Of a stretch of DNA of 64,000 bases, positions 55,697-64,000 are shown piece by piece. Every line of letters begins with the position of its first letter. The stretch's first letter is position 1. The position numbers were made by a program, and so were the translations under genes. Location of the stretch: assembly GCF_000234805.1 (NCBI RefSeq), contig NC_016645.1:656391-720390 (forward strand), read 5' to 3'. This stretch comes from Pyrobaculum ferrireducens (GTDB lineage: Archaea; Thermoproteota; Thermoprotei; Thermoproteales; Thermoproteaceae). Under the pieces are notes generated by a model that worked only from the letters and a program-made list of their open reading frames with translations, was not told the origin of the DNA and ran no database searches.

Positions 55697-57133
55697 CTAT
55701 CTGATTCTCTTAATAAATAAAACAACAACTGCCAATACTGCAAGTACAGACACTATGATTATCAATGCAGTATTTTGTTGAGTATTGACCTGTTGCGCAA
55801 CTTGCTGAGGCTGTGTTTGTTTTGTGTTAACCGCTGACATGTAGCTTTCGAGGAGCTGGGCCGCTCTCTGGTACCTCTCCCTCGCCGCCTCGCGCCACGC
55901 CTGATACACCTTGTCTCTATACGCGGGGTCCCTCCCCACCTTGTCGTTTATCTCCACAGCCACCTGGTAGGTAAATGTCCTCCTCGCCCCCGTGTCGGGG
56001 TCTGTGAAGTTGACGGGGGCGCCCAGCAACCGCCATATGTCGCGGAGCTGGGCCTCTGTGATCTTCCCCGCGAGGTAGGCCTGGACCGCCCTCGTCCAGA
56101 CGTCTGTGAGGAGGTCTTGGAGGTCCACCAGGGTGGCTTCGTAGTAGTAGATAAAGGAGTAGTAGTACGAGGCGCTCTTCTCCGGCGGGACGGCGAGCAC
56201 CCTGGCGCCCATGAGCTTCTCCAGGTGGTTCTTTAAGACGGCGGCCTTCGTCTTGTTGACGTCGGGGGAGTCCAGCACGGCGGGGTTGCCGGGGAGGATG
56301 TACCTATCCACAAGGCGCTTCTCCATGTCGGTGAGGAACACCCGCGTCAAAAGGGCCGCCGTAGTCATGTTGGCGCCGCGGGGCACCGCCACGGGGTCGA
56401 ATAGTATGTCTGTGCCGTCTGTAGGTATGCAGTAGTCGAGCCCAGCTATGAAGACGTAGTAGTCCACCATGGGGCCGAAAAGCGCCTCTCCCCTCTTCAC
56501 CACGTCCCTAACGGCGCCGCTGGAGTCCACGAAGCGGGCTACCGCGGCCATAGACGCCAGATAGCGCCACCCCTCCTCCCACCCGTAGATCTCGGTGACC
56601 AACTGCATCATCGCGGCTGAGGAGGTGGACTTGGTAGGCCTTGCAATGGCCAACGGCTTCACCCCAGTCTCTAGATAGTACCTGGTGAGGTTGGGAGACG
56701 CGAGGCCCCGCCAGCTACAGACCGCCCTCGCCCCGGCCTTTCCTAGAGCCTCGGGGTTGTAGCCTATTACATAGCCGAGGAGGCCGTACACCACGTAGTA
56801 AACCCTGCCGTCGGGCCCCACCCTCTTCAGCGGGATGCCCCCAAGCCGCTCGGGGAGTTGCCTCAGCTCCGGGACGTCGGGCATGGGTGCGAGATACCCC
56901 TCTCTATACAGCGCCTCGTAAAGCACCGGCGCCCCGGCCCAGAGGAAGTCCACGCCACCGCGGTCAATCAACGCCCTCCACTGGGTGGGATCCGCCGGCA
57001 CAAGCTTGACATCGGGCAGATATCTCTGTAAGAGGGGCAGGGCGGCGTCTATAGAGGCCTGGTCCGCCCTGGTCAAAATAGTGGCCGAGAGGGCCAAGGC
57101 GGCCAGTGCGAGAAGTAGGAATAGAGCCCGCAT
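55697..57133 (-). CDS. extracellular solute-binding protein (ABC-type, PBP2 fold) with C-terminal TM anchor
   Basis: Signal peptide and about 430-aa SBP-like body. C-terminal TALIIIVSVLAVLAVVVLFIKRIR. Confidence 0.6.
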   Translation of the reverse strand: MRALFLLLALAALALSATILTRADQASIDAALPLLQRYLPDVKLVPADPTQWRALIDRGGVDFLWAGAPVLYEALYREGYLAPMPDVPELRQLPERLGGIPLKRVGPDGRVYYVVYGLLGYVIGYNPEALGKAGARAVCSWRGLASPNLTRYYLETGVKPLAIARPTKSTSSAAMMQLVTEIYGWEEGWRYLASMAAVARFVDSSGAVRDVVKRGEALFGPMVDYYVFIAGLDYCIPTDGTDILFDPVAVPRGANMTTAALLTRVFLTDMEKRLVDRYILPGNPAVLDSPDVNKTKAAVLKNHLEKLMGARVLAVPPEKSASYYYSFIYYYEATLVDLQDLLTDVWTRAVQAYLAGKITEAQLRDIWRLLGAPVNFTDPDTGARRTFTYQVAVEINDKVGRDPAYRDKVYQAWREAARERYQRAAQLLESYMSAVNTKQTQPQQVAQQVNTQQNTALIIIVSVLAVLAVVVLFIKRIR

Positions 57134-57169
57134 GAGCGATAAAAAACTTGTGCATTTAAAATATGTCCC

Positions 57170-58420
57170 TTATACCCTCTCCAAGACGATGGCCGCGCCT
57201 TGCCCTCCGCCTACGCAGAGGGTGGCCACGCCGTAGTCCACCCCGTCTATCTGCATCTGCCTAGCCAAGGTCCCTATGATCCTGGCCCCGGTGGCCCCCA
57301 GGGGGTGGCCGATGGCTATGGCGCCTCCCCTCGTGTTTACGGTCTCCGGGTCGAGGCCGAGCTCCTTTATTGCGTAGAGCGTGACCACGGCGAACGCCTC
57401 GTTGATCTCCCACCTGCCCACCTGCTTCACGGAGAGCCCCGCCTTCTCAAGCGCCTTCCTCGACGCGGGGACCGGCCCCATGCCCATAACCTCCGGCGGC
57501 ACACCTGCGAAGGCCACCGCCCTCACCTTGGCCAGCGGCTGGAGGCCGTACTTCTTAACAGCCTCCCCGGAGGCCAGCATGACATAGGCCGCGCCGGAGT
57601 TAAGCGGCGATGAGTTGCCCGCAGTTATCACCCCATCCGGCTTGAAGGCAGGCGGGAGCTTGGCGAGGGCCTCCAGCGTCGTGTCGGGCCTCACAGCCTG
57701 GTCTCTATCCACGACCTTCTTCTGCCCGTCCTTCTCCACGGCTATGGGGATGATCTCGTCTCTGAAGTACCCCTTTTCGTAGGCCTCTGCCGCCCTTCTG
57801 TGGCTCCTCAGCGACCAGGCGTCCATCTCCTCCCGCCTTATGCCGGAGACCTCGGCAAGCCGCTCCGCGGTGAGCCCCATGACGTAGCCAATGGGGAGGT
57901 TGTAGAGCCTCACGTACTCCTCGTCTGTTAGGAATTTGGGGTTTATCTCTATATGGGGGTTTTCGTACATCGGGGTTTTAGACATCTTCTCCACGCCCCC
58001 TGCGATGACCAAGTCGGCCATGCCGGTTGCCACCTCCATCGCGCCGTACCCCACCGTGGTTATAGAAGAGGCGCACTGCCTGTCGATGTGGGCGGCGGGT
58101 ATTGTGTAGGGTAGCTTGGCGGCGAAGACCACGTGCCTCCCGCCGTAGAGCCACTGCTCCCCAACCGGAAGCGCGGAGCCGGTGAGAAGCTCCTCTACGT
58201 CTTCGGGCTTCACCCCCGTCCTCTCCAGGAGGGCCTTGACCGGCGCCGCGGCTATCTCCTCAGGCCGCAGATCCCAGAAGTCGTCTCTCTGCGGCTCCTT
58301 CCTTGAAAACCTCGTAAAGGCGGTTCTGGCGAAGGCGGCGATGTAGACGTTGTCCAGCCTCCTCCCAACAGTAGACATGGCTGTGGCTGTGGAGGGATTT
58401 AAATCTGTGTCTGTGGCCAA
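57170..58420 (-). CDS. acetyl-CoA C-acetyltransferase (thiolase)
   Basis: Thiolase signatures [17 protein letters not shown] and [15 protein letters not shown]. Confidence 0.9.
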   Translation of the reverse strand: MATDTDLNPSTATAMSTVGRRLDNVYIAAFARTAFTRFSRKEPQRDDFWDLRPEEIAAAPVKALLERTGVKPEDVEELLTGSALPVGEQWLYGGRHVVFAAKLPYTIPAAHIDRQCASSITTVGYGAMEVATGMADLVIAGGVEKMSKTPMYENPHIEINPKFLTDEEYVRLYNLPIGYVMGLTAERLAEVSGIRREEMDAWSLRSHRRAAEAYEKGYFRDEIIPIAVEKDGQKKVVDRDQAVRPDTTLEALAKLPPAFKPDGVITAGNSSPLNSGAAYVMLASGEAVKKYGLQPLAKVRAVAFAGVPPEVMGMGPVPASRKALEKAGLSVKQVGRWEINEAFAVVTLYAIKELGLDPETVNTRGGAIAIGHPLGATGARIIGTLARQMQIDGVDYGVATLCVGGGQGAAIVLERV

Positions 58421-58450
58421 AATTTTTAATAATGTGTTATCCCCGCCTTA

Positions 58451-59605
58451 ATGTCTATCCCCAGAACGTTCATAACGTCTGTGGTTGGGTCGTGGCCGAG
58501 GCCCACTTGGCTAATAGAGGCGTTTGAGAAGTTCGAAAAGGGCCAGCTAGACCAGCAGACCTTCACGCAGTACCTAGACGACGCGGTTAAGCTAGCCATC
58601 AAGGACCAGGAGGAGGCCGGCCTCGACGTGATTACAGACGGGGAGCAGAGGAGGACCTCCTTCGTGGCCTTCGTCGGGCAGAAGATCAAGGGGTTCAAGA
58701 TCGTGAGGGTGGAGGAGCTCCACCCAAACGCAAAGGAGATTATGAAGAAGTACAAGGCCCCCCTCACCCTGTGGCGCCCAGTCATCGCGGGCTACATAGA
58801 GGAGAGCGTCATTGCGGTGGACGAGGTTCAGTACGCTAAGAAAATTACGCAGAAGCCACTCAAGGTGACCCTGCCGTCTCCCTACCTCATTATGTGGGAG
58901 GCGTGGCACGCCAAGATATCCTCCCCCTACTACCCCAAGCCCGAGTATGCCGCCGAGGCCTACGCCAAGGTGCTAAGAGGAGAGATCTCCAGGCTGATAG
59001 ACGCGGGGGTAGCCTTCATCCAGCTAGACGAGCCCATGCTGGGCGACCTCATCGAAGCCGAGCCAGACAAGCCCGACCGATACAAGCAGGTGGCCTCGGA
59101 GCTCTACGGCCAGAAATACAGAGGGCTGAGGGACGAGATCCAGCTGGCGGTGGATCTGGCAAACGAGGTGGTGAAGGGCTTCGGCTCCTCGGTTAGGCTA
59201 GGCATGCACCTCGACCGCTGGCCCACAGAGGAGTCCCCCGTGGTGGGCTACGAGAGGCTGGCCCCCCAGATATTCGACATAAAGGTGAGGCAGTACGTCG
59301 TGGAGTACAAACACCCCAGGATGGGCAACCCCGAGGAGTTCGCCAAAATCCTCCCAAGCGACAAGGAGATAGGCCTCGGCTCCATAGACGTCCGGGATCC
59401 CAAGCGCGTAGAGACTGTGGAGGAGGTGGTGGCCCACGTGGAGAGGATAGTGAAGTACGTCGACCCCACGCGGATATGGCTCAACCCAGACTGCGGATTC
59501 GCCCCCGGCATGTACCGCGCCTTCCCACGCCACGTCGCCCTCGAGAAGCTCAAAGTAATGGTAAAAGCCGCCCGGATCCTAAGAGAGAAGTACTGGTGGG
59601 CCTAG
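58451..59605 (+). CDS. metE: cobalamin-independent methionine synthase, short archaeal MetE-type
   Basis: TSVVGSWPRPTWLIEAFEKF N-terminus. C-terminal Zn-site region NPDCGFAP. Confidence 0.85.
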   Translation: MSIPRTFITSVVGSWPRPTWLIEAFEKFEKGQLDQQTFTQYLDDAVKLAIKDQEEAGLDVITDGEQRRTSFVAFVGQKIKGFKIVRVEELHPNAKEIMKKYKAPLTLWRPVIAGYIEESVIAVDEVQYAKKITQKPLKVTLPSPYLIMWEAWHAKISSPYYPKPEYAAEAYAKVLRGEISRLIDAGVAFIQLDEPMLGDLIEAEPDKPDRYKQVASELYGQKYRGLRDEIQLAVDLANEVVKGFGSSVRLGMHLDRWPTEESPVVGYERLAPQIFDIKVRQYVVEYKHPRMGNPEEFAKILPSDKEIGLGSIDVRDPKRVETVEEVVAHVERIVKYVDPTRIWLNPDCGFAPGMYRAFPRHVALEKLKVMVKAARILREKYWWA

Positions 59606-59766
59606 CCAACCCAACCCCCAACCGCTTTTTCAAGCCCCTCCAACGTATCTCCATTAGCGGCTAAATAACAGCGCGCAGTGCGACAACTCCTACGTCATGA
59701 CACCGCAGGTTACGAATGGCACCGGCCTCTCCGGGTAAGGCGATCGGAGACGTGTCCAGTCGAGAT

Positions 59767-60372
59767 TTACAGCTTTTTGGCAAATTCGATATCCTCGGGG
59801 TGGGCTCTAAAGGGCTTCACCCCCCTACGCCTCAACTCCTTGACGAAATCGTCGAGAGACATGCCAGCGAGGCGGGCGGCTAGGCTCAGCGACACTGCGC
59901 CCTTTGCCAGTAACGAAATCGCCAATTCCGTGCGCCGTGTGGAGACACGCCTCTCCATACCCGGCCATCTGTCCCCTCCGTGGAGGACATAGACATATAG
60001 CAAAACCTCGTCGTCAGACGCCACGCTCAGTAGCTCGGCTACATCGCCTATCCCCTCCCGATCTGACACGGGTAGCTTTCCAAGGGCAACCTCTGCCGAA
60101 GATGCGTCTCTTAGGCACACTGATCTTCTGCCCAGTTGCACCAGCCCAAGCGCTCGTAGCCTGCTCAGTACGGCCGCTACCTGGGGGCTCCACGGCCCTA
60201 GTCCACCCTCCCTAAACACAAGCACGTTGGAAAGATAAGGCACCACCGTCGACGCGATGAAGAGCCCCTTCTGTATCTTAAGCCTAGAAAGGCAACCCCC
60301 CGCCAGGTACAACAGAGCCACTATGTAATTAAGGTTCGCCTCTTCCAGAGATCCCTCAGCACCTCTGGCCAT
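59767..60372 (-). CDS. protein with C-terminal UPF0175-type HTH domain
   Basis: C-terminal TELAISLLAKGAVSLSLAARLAGMSLDDFVKELRRRGV. Start chosen at MARGAEG to avoid a divergent overlap. Confidence 0.45.
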   Translation of the reverse strand: MARGAEGSLEEANLNYIVALLYLAGGCLSRLKIQKGLFIASTVVPYLSNVLVFREGGLGPWSPQVAAVLSRLRALGLVQLGRRSVCLRDASSAEVALGKLPVSDREGIGDVAELLSVASDDEVLLYVYVLHGGDRWPGMERRVSTRRTELAISLLAKGAVSLSLAARLAGMSLDDFVKELRRRGVKPFRAHPEDIEFAKKL

Positions 60373-60508
60373 ATCTACCACATAATGTAATGATGTCGGT
60401 ATTTTAGGTATTTGCCAGTAGTCATCGCCCTCCGCCGGCACTTTAACTAATGAGTCGGCGGTAGCTGGGATACTTCTAAGGTTTTTAACCTGTAGGTGAT
60501 ATGGGGGC

Positions 60509-61468
60509 GTGTATCCCCTGTGGATTGATTTTTTCAAGGTGTTGAGGGAGTCCGGCGTGGAGTCGCTGTGCTTGCCTAGGCATTTCAAGTGCTGGGGGGA
60601 TCTGCCTCAGTGCGTGGCTGTGTGGGTGCTGGTTGGGCGCTACGCTGTGTGCAGGGGAACCTCGGCGGGGAGGCGGCTGGGGGAGTGGGGCGGAGTGGCT
60701 CTCCTGGGGGGTCGGGGCGGGGAGCCGTGTAGCCACGTGCTGGCTAGGGGGTGCGGCGACGTGGTGGAGGTGCCCTACGCCCCGCCGGACAGGCCGAGGG
60801 TGGTGGTGGATCTGTCTCTGTGGGCTGAGCACACGGAGGGGGAGAAAAACGAGCTGGTGGAGCAGATCCTAGCCACGCTCAAGGCGGTGAGGGCCGTGCT
60901 GTGGGACGGCAATCTGTGGCTCACCAACACGCCGGGTGAGTTCCTCCAGTTGCTGAGCCGTCACGCCCCCGGCTTGGTACACAAGATGAGGATCTTCCCA
61001 GACACGCCTCATTTCGAAAACCCGGTTGTCCTAGATCCGGAGGGCGGCTGCCTATTTACCGAAGAGGTGGCGAGGTCCCACGTGGAGTTTATCATCGGGG
61101 GTATAGTGGACAAGGAGAGGTCGGCTAAGGGGGCCACTGCCCGCCTCGCCGGGAGGATCGGCGTTGAGAAGAGGTGCAGAATTGAGCTGAGGGGCTCGAG
61201 GGTGGGGGTCCCCGACAGGATAAACAAAATCGCGGAGATCGTGCTCCGCACCCTATCTGGCTCGCCGCTGGAGGCGGCGGTGCTGGCAGCCCAGGCAAAG
61301 CGGGACCGGGTGTACAGACTCATGTGGGAGCTACAGAGGCGCATAATCAAGACGCCCGACGGCGGTTTGGCGGTTACCCGTCAAGCCCTAGAGGAGGCCA
61401 ACTGGCTGGGGGCACCCTGGGAAGAGGTGGAGCTTGCTGTGAAAAAACTCAAGCTGAGGATACTCTAG
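60509..61468 (+). CDS. SPOUT-class tRNA methyltransferase, Trm10-like, with Cys-containing N-terminal extension (start uncertain)
   Basis: RVVVDLSLWAEHTEGEKNELVEQI ... FIIGGIVDKERSAKGATARLAGRIGV matches the Trm10 SPOUT core. GTG 60509 sits about 20 nt after ggtttttaacc. Confidence 0.55.
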   Translation: MYPLWIDFFKVLRESGVESLCLPRHFKCWGDLPQCVAVWVLVGRYAVCRGTSAGRRLGEWGGVALLGGRGGEPCSHVLARGCGDVVEVPYAPPDRPRVVVDLSLWAEHTEGEKNELVEQILATLKAVRAVLWDGNLWLTNTPGEFLQLLSRHAPGLVHKMRIFPDTPHFENPVVLDPEGGCLFTEEVARSHVEFIIGGIVDKERSAKGATARLAGRIGVEKRCRIELRGSRVGVPDRINKIAEIVLRTLSGSPLEAAVLAAQAKRDRVYRLMWELQRRIIKTPDGGLAVTRQALEEANWLGAPWEEVELAVKKLKLRIL

Positions 61469-61622
61469 ATTCGGAACGCGGCTGGGGCCGGGGCCCGCAT
61501 AGAGGGGGCTTTCTAAATTTTAATTCTAAAGTGGCTCTGCGCATGCTTCTCGCCAGCCGGCCGACGGCGGTGCCCGCGGCTAGTGCGGAGGCGGCCGTGG
61601 CTGTGTTGATAACGGTTTGTGT

Positions 61623-62520
61623 CTACACCACTATCACAGTGGAGAACGCCCTGGTGGGGGAAGTGTAGTTGGGCCGTGTGTAGGTCTTGGAAAAGGCGGC
61701 AACGCCCATATCGCAACGTAGTCTGTGTAGCTTACCACCGTAGCGGCGGTGCCGTTGGGAGAGCCGCATCACAGCCACGTAGCCAGGCCTCTCGAAGCGG
61801 AAGCAGAAGCTATGGCCGGCATCGTTAATATAGCCGCTTCCCAAATCCTCAGCCCGCACCACCCGGTCGTGCCCTACCCCCTACCTCAAGCCATCTGCTG
61901 TACCTCACATCGCGCCAGCTGGCGCATATACGCGGCGTCTGACCGCGCAGGAGCCGTTGCCGTAGAGATAGTGGACGTATCTCCCGTCGAAGGCCCGGAC
62001 GCCCCCGCGCCTCTAATGCCGGAAATCGTCAGCTTTGGCAGAGTCCCCGCCTCGAAGACCGGGGCGTAGCTGTCGCCGCTCTTTGCCAGCTTCACCAACC
62101 TGCCCAGCCTCACGAAGCCGGGCGGGCTACCGACCCAGAAGAGGCAGATGGACTCCGTGTCGTTGAGAGTTTTATTTATAGGTGTAGCTACGCACAAGAG
62201 ACGCGGTGTGGCTCACCCAGCCCCTAATGGTGTGAGCAGACCCCGTCGTCATCCGCACCCTCACTGCCCCGTCTCCGATGTCGCCATAGTCAAAAGAAGC
62301 TGGAGCCGTTAGTCACGAAGCCCGCCGCCGCACCCCCAGGTTTAGGTCTCTAATCGGCATGTCTGGGGAAACGTGGCGTTATTTAAGGGAGACACTCAGT
62401 AACCTCTGAGGGAGATCGTGAGGCTGACGTAGCTGGCTTGCGCCTCAGAGGGGTCGAGGGCATGCAAGGCGGGGTCGAGGACCACCACATACTTACCTGC
62501 TGGCCGGCGTACCCCGTGTC
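61623..62520 (-). pseudogene. degraded gene remnants (protein-like fragments in shifting frames, no intact ORF)
   Basis: Minus-strand fragments ...PPGFVRLGRLVKLAKSGDSYAPVFEAGTLPKLTISGIRG..., ...RAEDLGSGYINDAGHSFCFRFERPGYVAVM... and ...GKYVVVLDPALHALDPSEAQASYVSLTISLRGY lie in different frames across about 1.1 kb with no ORF above 110 aa. Confidence 0.3.
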
Positions 62521-62660
62521 ATAGGGCTAGATGACAATATCCACGCCGTTTATTACCGCATAACGCCGGAAGCCTTATCTGCTACGGATCATAGTCATGG
62601 GCACCGCCGCGCAGGTTCCCAGCGCCTATCCGGGCGGCCGCTCCTGTCCGCGCCCGCGGC

Positions 62661-63125
62661 TTAGCGGCTTGCCAGCCTCGTCTTTATCTCACTGACGTCG
62701 CTTCTCAGCTGGACGATCTCCCTATACATCTCGGCCATGAGCTTCTGCATGTCGAGCATAGTCTTCTGCATCTCGGCGACCGTCCTCTGAGTCTCGGCGA
62801 TGGTCCTCTGCATATCGGCAATAGTTTTTTGAAGCTCACCAATCTGCTGGTAAACCCCATCAATCCTCCTACCGAGAGAATCAGCCACAGCGTCTATTCT
62901 TTTATTCGTCTCATCTATTCTCCTGCCTAGATATTCCGCAACAGCGTCAATCCTTCTATTAGTCTCGTCAATCCTCTTGTTGGTCTCATCTATTCTCTTG
63001 TTTAGGTCTCTCACCACGGCGATTGTCAAAACGGCGAGGTCCTCCGGCTTGAGTTTTTCGCCTTTTTCCAGCTTCTTCACCACCACTTCAAGAGCCTTGT
63101 CCAAGGCAAGCGAAAGATACTCCAC
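62661..63125 (-). CDS. coiled-coil protein with tandem RIDETNK/RIDAVAxxLGR repeats
   Basis: 154 aa. Internal 7/14-aa repeats (nucleotide repeats about 62859-63003). C-terminal heptads (MQRTIAETQRTVAEMQKTMLDMQKLMAEM). Confidence 0.55.
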   Translation of the reverse strand: MEYLSLALDKALEVVVKKLEKGEKLKPEDLAVLTIAVVRDLNKRIDETNKRIDETNRRIDAVAEYLGRRIDETNKRIDAVADSLGRRIDGVYQQIGELQKTIADMQRTIAETQRTVAEMQKTMLDMQKLMAEMYREIVQLRSDVSEIKTRLASR

Positions 63126-63278
63126 GTAGGGAATTGTGGTGGTATTTAAGTACCTTACGCACAGCCACTTAGGCTTGGGGGGGGGGTGATGCGTCGATCA
63201 GCGCAGGCCGCGGTTTTGGGGGGTCAAGCTAGCGTGAGGCGTGGCCGCGAGATGAAAAAGAGGAGGGTTGGGGGAAAT

Positions 63279-64000
63279 TTAGGGGATTTGGGTTGCAACT
63301 TCTTGGTACTGTCTGCGGGCGGCTTCTCTCCACGCGGCGTATATCTTGTCTCTGTAGGTGGGGTCTGTCAACTTGTCGTTTATCTTCATGGCGTATTCCA
63401 GCGTCAGCTTGGTGGGCTTCCCCGTTTCGGGGTCTGTGAACGTCACGGGCTGGGCCAGCTTCTTGGCGAGCTCCTCCGCCTTAGCCTTGTCTATCTTGCC
63501 TTCGCTGTAGGCCTTGACAAGCTTGGCCCAGGTCTGCTGGAGGATGTCGGCGTTGTCCGTGATGGCGGCGTCGAAGTAGTACATGACTACGTTCTCAACG
63601 GCTAGGGCGAGGGTGTCGTTGAAGGCTATCGTCTTGAGGTTTAGCATGTAGTCGTATATCGACTTGAGGTCGGGCCTCTTCTGGCCCTCCGGCGTGTTGA
63701 AGGCGTTGGGGTTGACGGGCATCCTGTTAATCCTGGGGTCGAACACTATGGCCTGGCCGTCTGTAATCACCCACGCCACGAAGGCCTCGGCGGCGGCTCT
63801 GCACCTGGTGTTTTTAACCACCGCTATCGGGTCGCCGTTGACAGAGGTGTCCGGCGGGATGACGTACCTCGTGTCTGGGTTCTGAAGCTGGGCAGTGTAG
63901 CCGTAGAAGTCAATCGTCCAGCCCGCCCCTATGTCTCCCGCAATTACGGCGTCTCTAACCGCCTCGCTCCCGCCGAAGATCTTCCCGTTAGCCGCCGTAA
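63279..64000 (-). CDS. extracellular solute-binding protein paralog (partial; N-terminus beyond window end)
   Basis: C-terminal region matches the 55697..57133 protein (VTFTDPETGKPTKLTLEYAMKINDKLTDPTYRDKIYAAWREAARRQYQ vs VNFTDPDTGARRTFTYQVAVEINDKVGRDPAYRDKVYQAWREAARERYQ). Frame stays open from 63821 to the window end. Confidence 0.55.
   Translation of the reverse strand, partial: TAANGKIFGGSEAVRDAVIAGDIGAGWTIDFYGYTAQLQNPDTRYVIPPDTSVNGDPIAVVKNTRCRAAAEAFVAWVITDGQAIVFDPRINRMPVNPNAFNTPEGQKRPDLKSIYDYMLNLKTIAFNDTLALAVENVVMYYFDAAITDNADILQQTWAKLVKAYSEGKIDKAKAEELAKKLAQPVTFTDPETGKPTKLTLEYAMKINDKLTDPTYRDKIYAAWREAARRQYQEVATQIP

Noticed and set aside
1-64000. CRISPR arrays, transposases/IS elements, integrases, rRNA genes
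   Set aside because: No regularly spaced direct repeats, no DDE/HTH transposase-like or tyrosine-recombinase-like ORFs, and no rRNA-like conserved blocks were seen.

Overview
High-GC (about 58-60%) archaeal chromosomal window with short or overlapping gene junctions (many ATGA/GTGA stop-start couplings) and apparently leaderless GTG/TTG starts. Gene content points to a Thermoproteales crenarchaeon (Pyrobaculum/Thermoproteus-like). Main content, 5' to 3': (1) a respiratory island with a bc-type complex operon (cyt c, Rieske, cyt b; minus strand) divergent from a SoxM-like haem-copper oxidase operon (subunit II, fused subunit I+III, SCO1), followed by copper chaperone PCuAC, a NarK-like MFS transporter, a Cys-rich HTH regulator, a NarJ-like chaperone and a periplasmically oriented (Tat-signal) nitrate reductase narG-narH plus an EbdC-like haem-b subunit with a C-terminal TM anchor. 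(2) A variant System I cytochrome c maturation cluster (ccmBA divergent from ccmC-ccmE(CxxxY)-ccmF). (3) Housekeeping genes (NOG1 GTPase, SAM hydroxide adenosyltransferase, SDR epimerase, aminotransferase, KptA, thiolase, MetE, Trm10-like). (4) A trehalose TPSP / GT4 glycosyltransferase / Msc-like cluster as described for Thermoproteus tenax. (5) Two VapBC-type toxin-antitoxin pairs, a PaREP1-like gene and many secreted or Thr-rich surface proteins. Unusual items: a roughly 500-nt gene-free gap with a strong archaeal promoter (candidate structured ncRNA); a conserved 41-nt motif (ctagaaacNacgNgcggaact ... gcggaac) at two loci plus a third partial copy; a three-member family of small (72-95 aa) paralogous proteins; an SPFH-linker-double-Zn-ribbon gene apparently frameshifted in a C-homopolymer-rich Pro/Gln linker and coupled to a small membrane protein; a tandem pair of paralogous Zn-ribbon / glycine-zipper membrane proteins of unknown function; a repeat-containing protein with in-frame 27-nt tandem repeats and a PD-(D/E)xK-like C-terminus; and an about 1.1-kb stretch of pseudogene debris. 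No CRISPR array, tRNA, rRNA or transposase was recognised.
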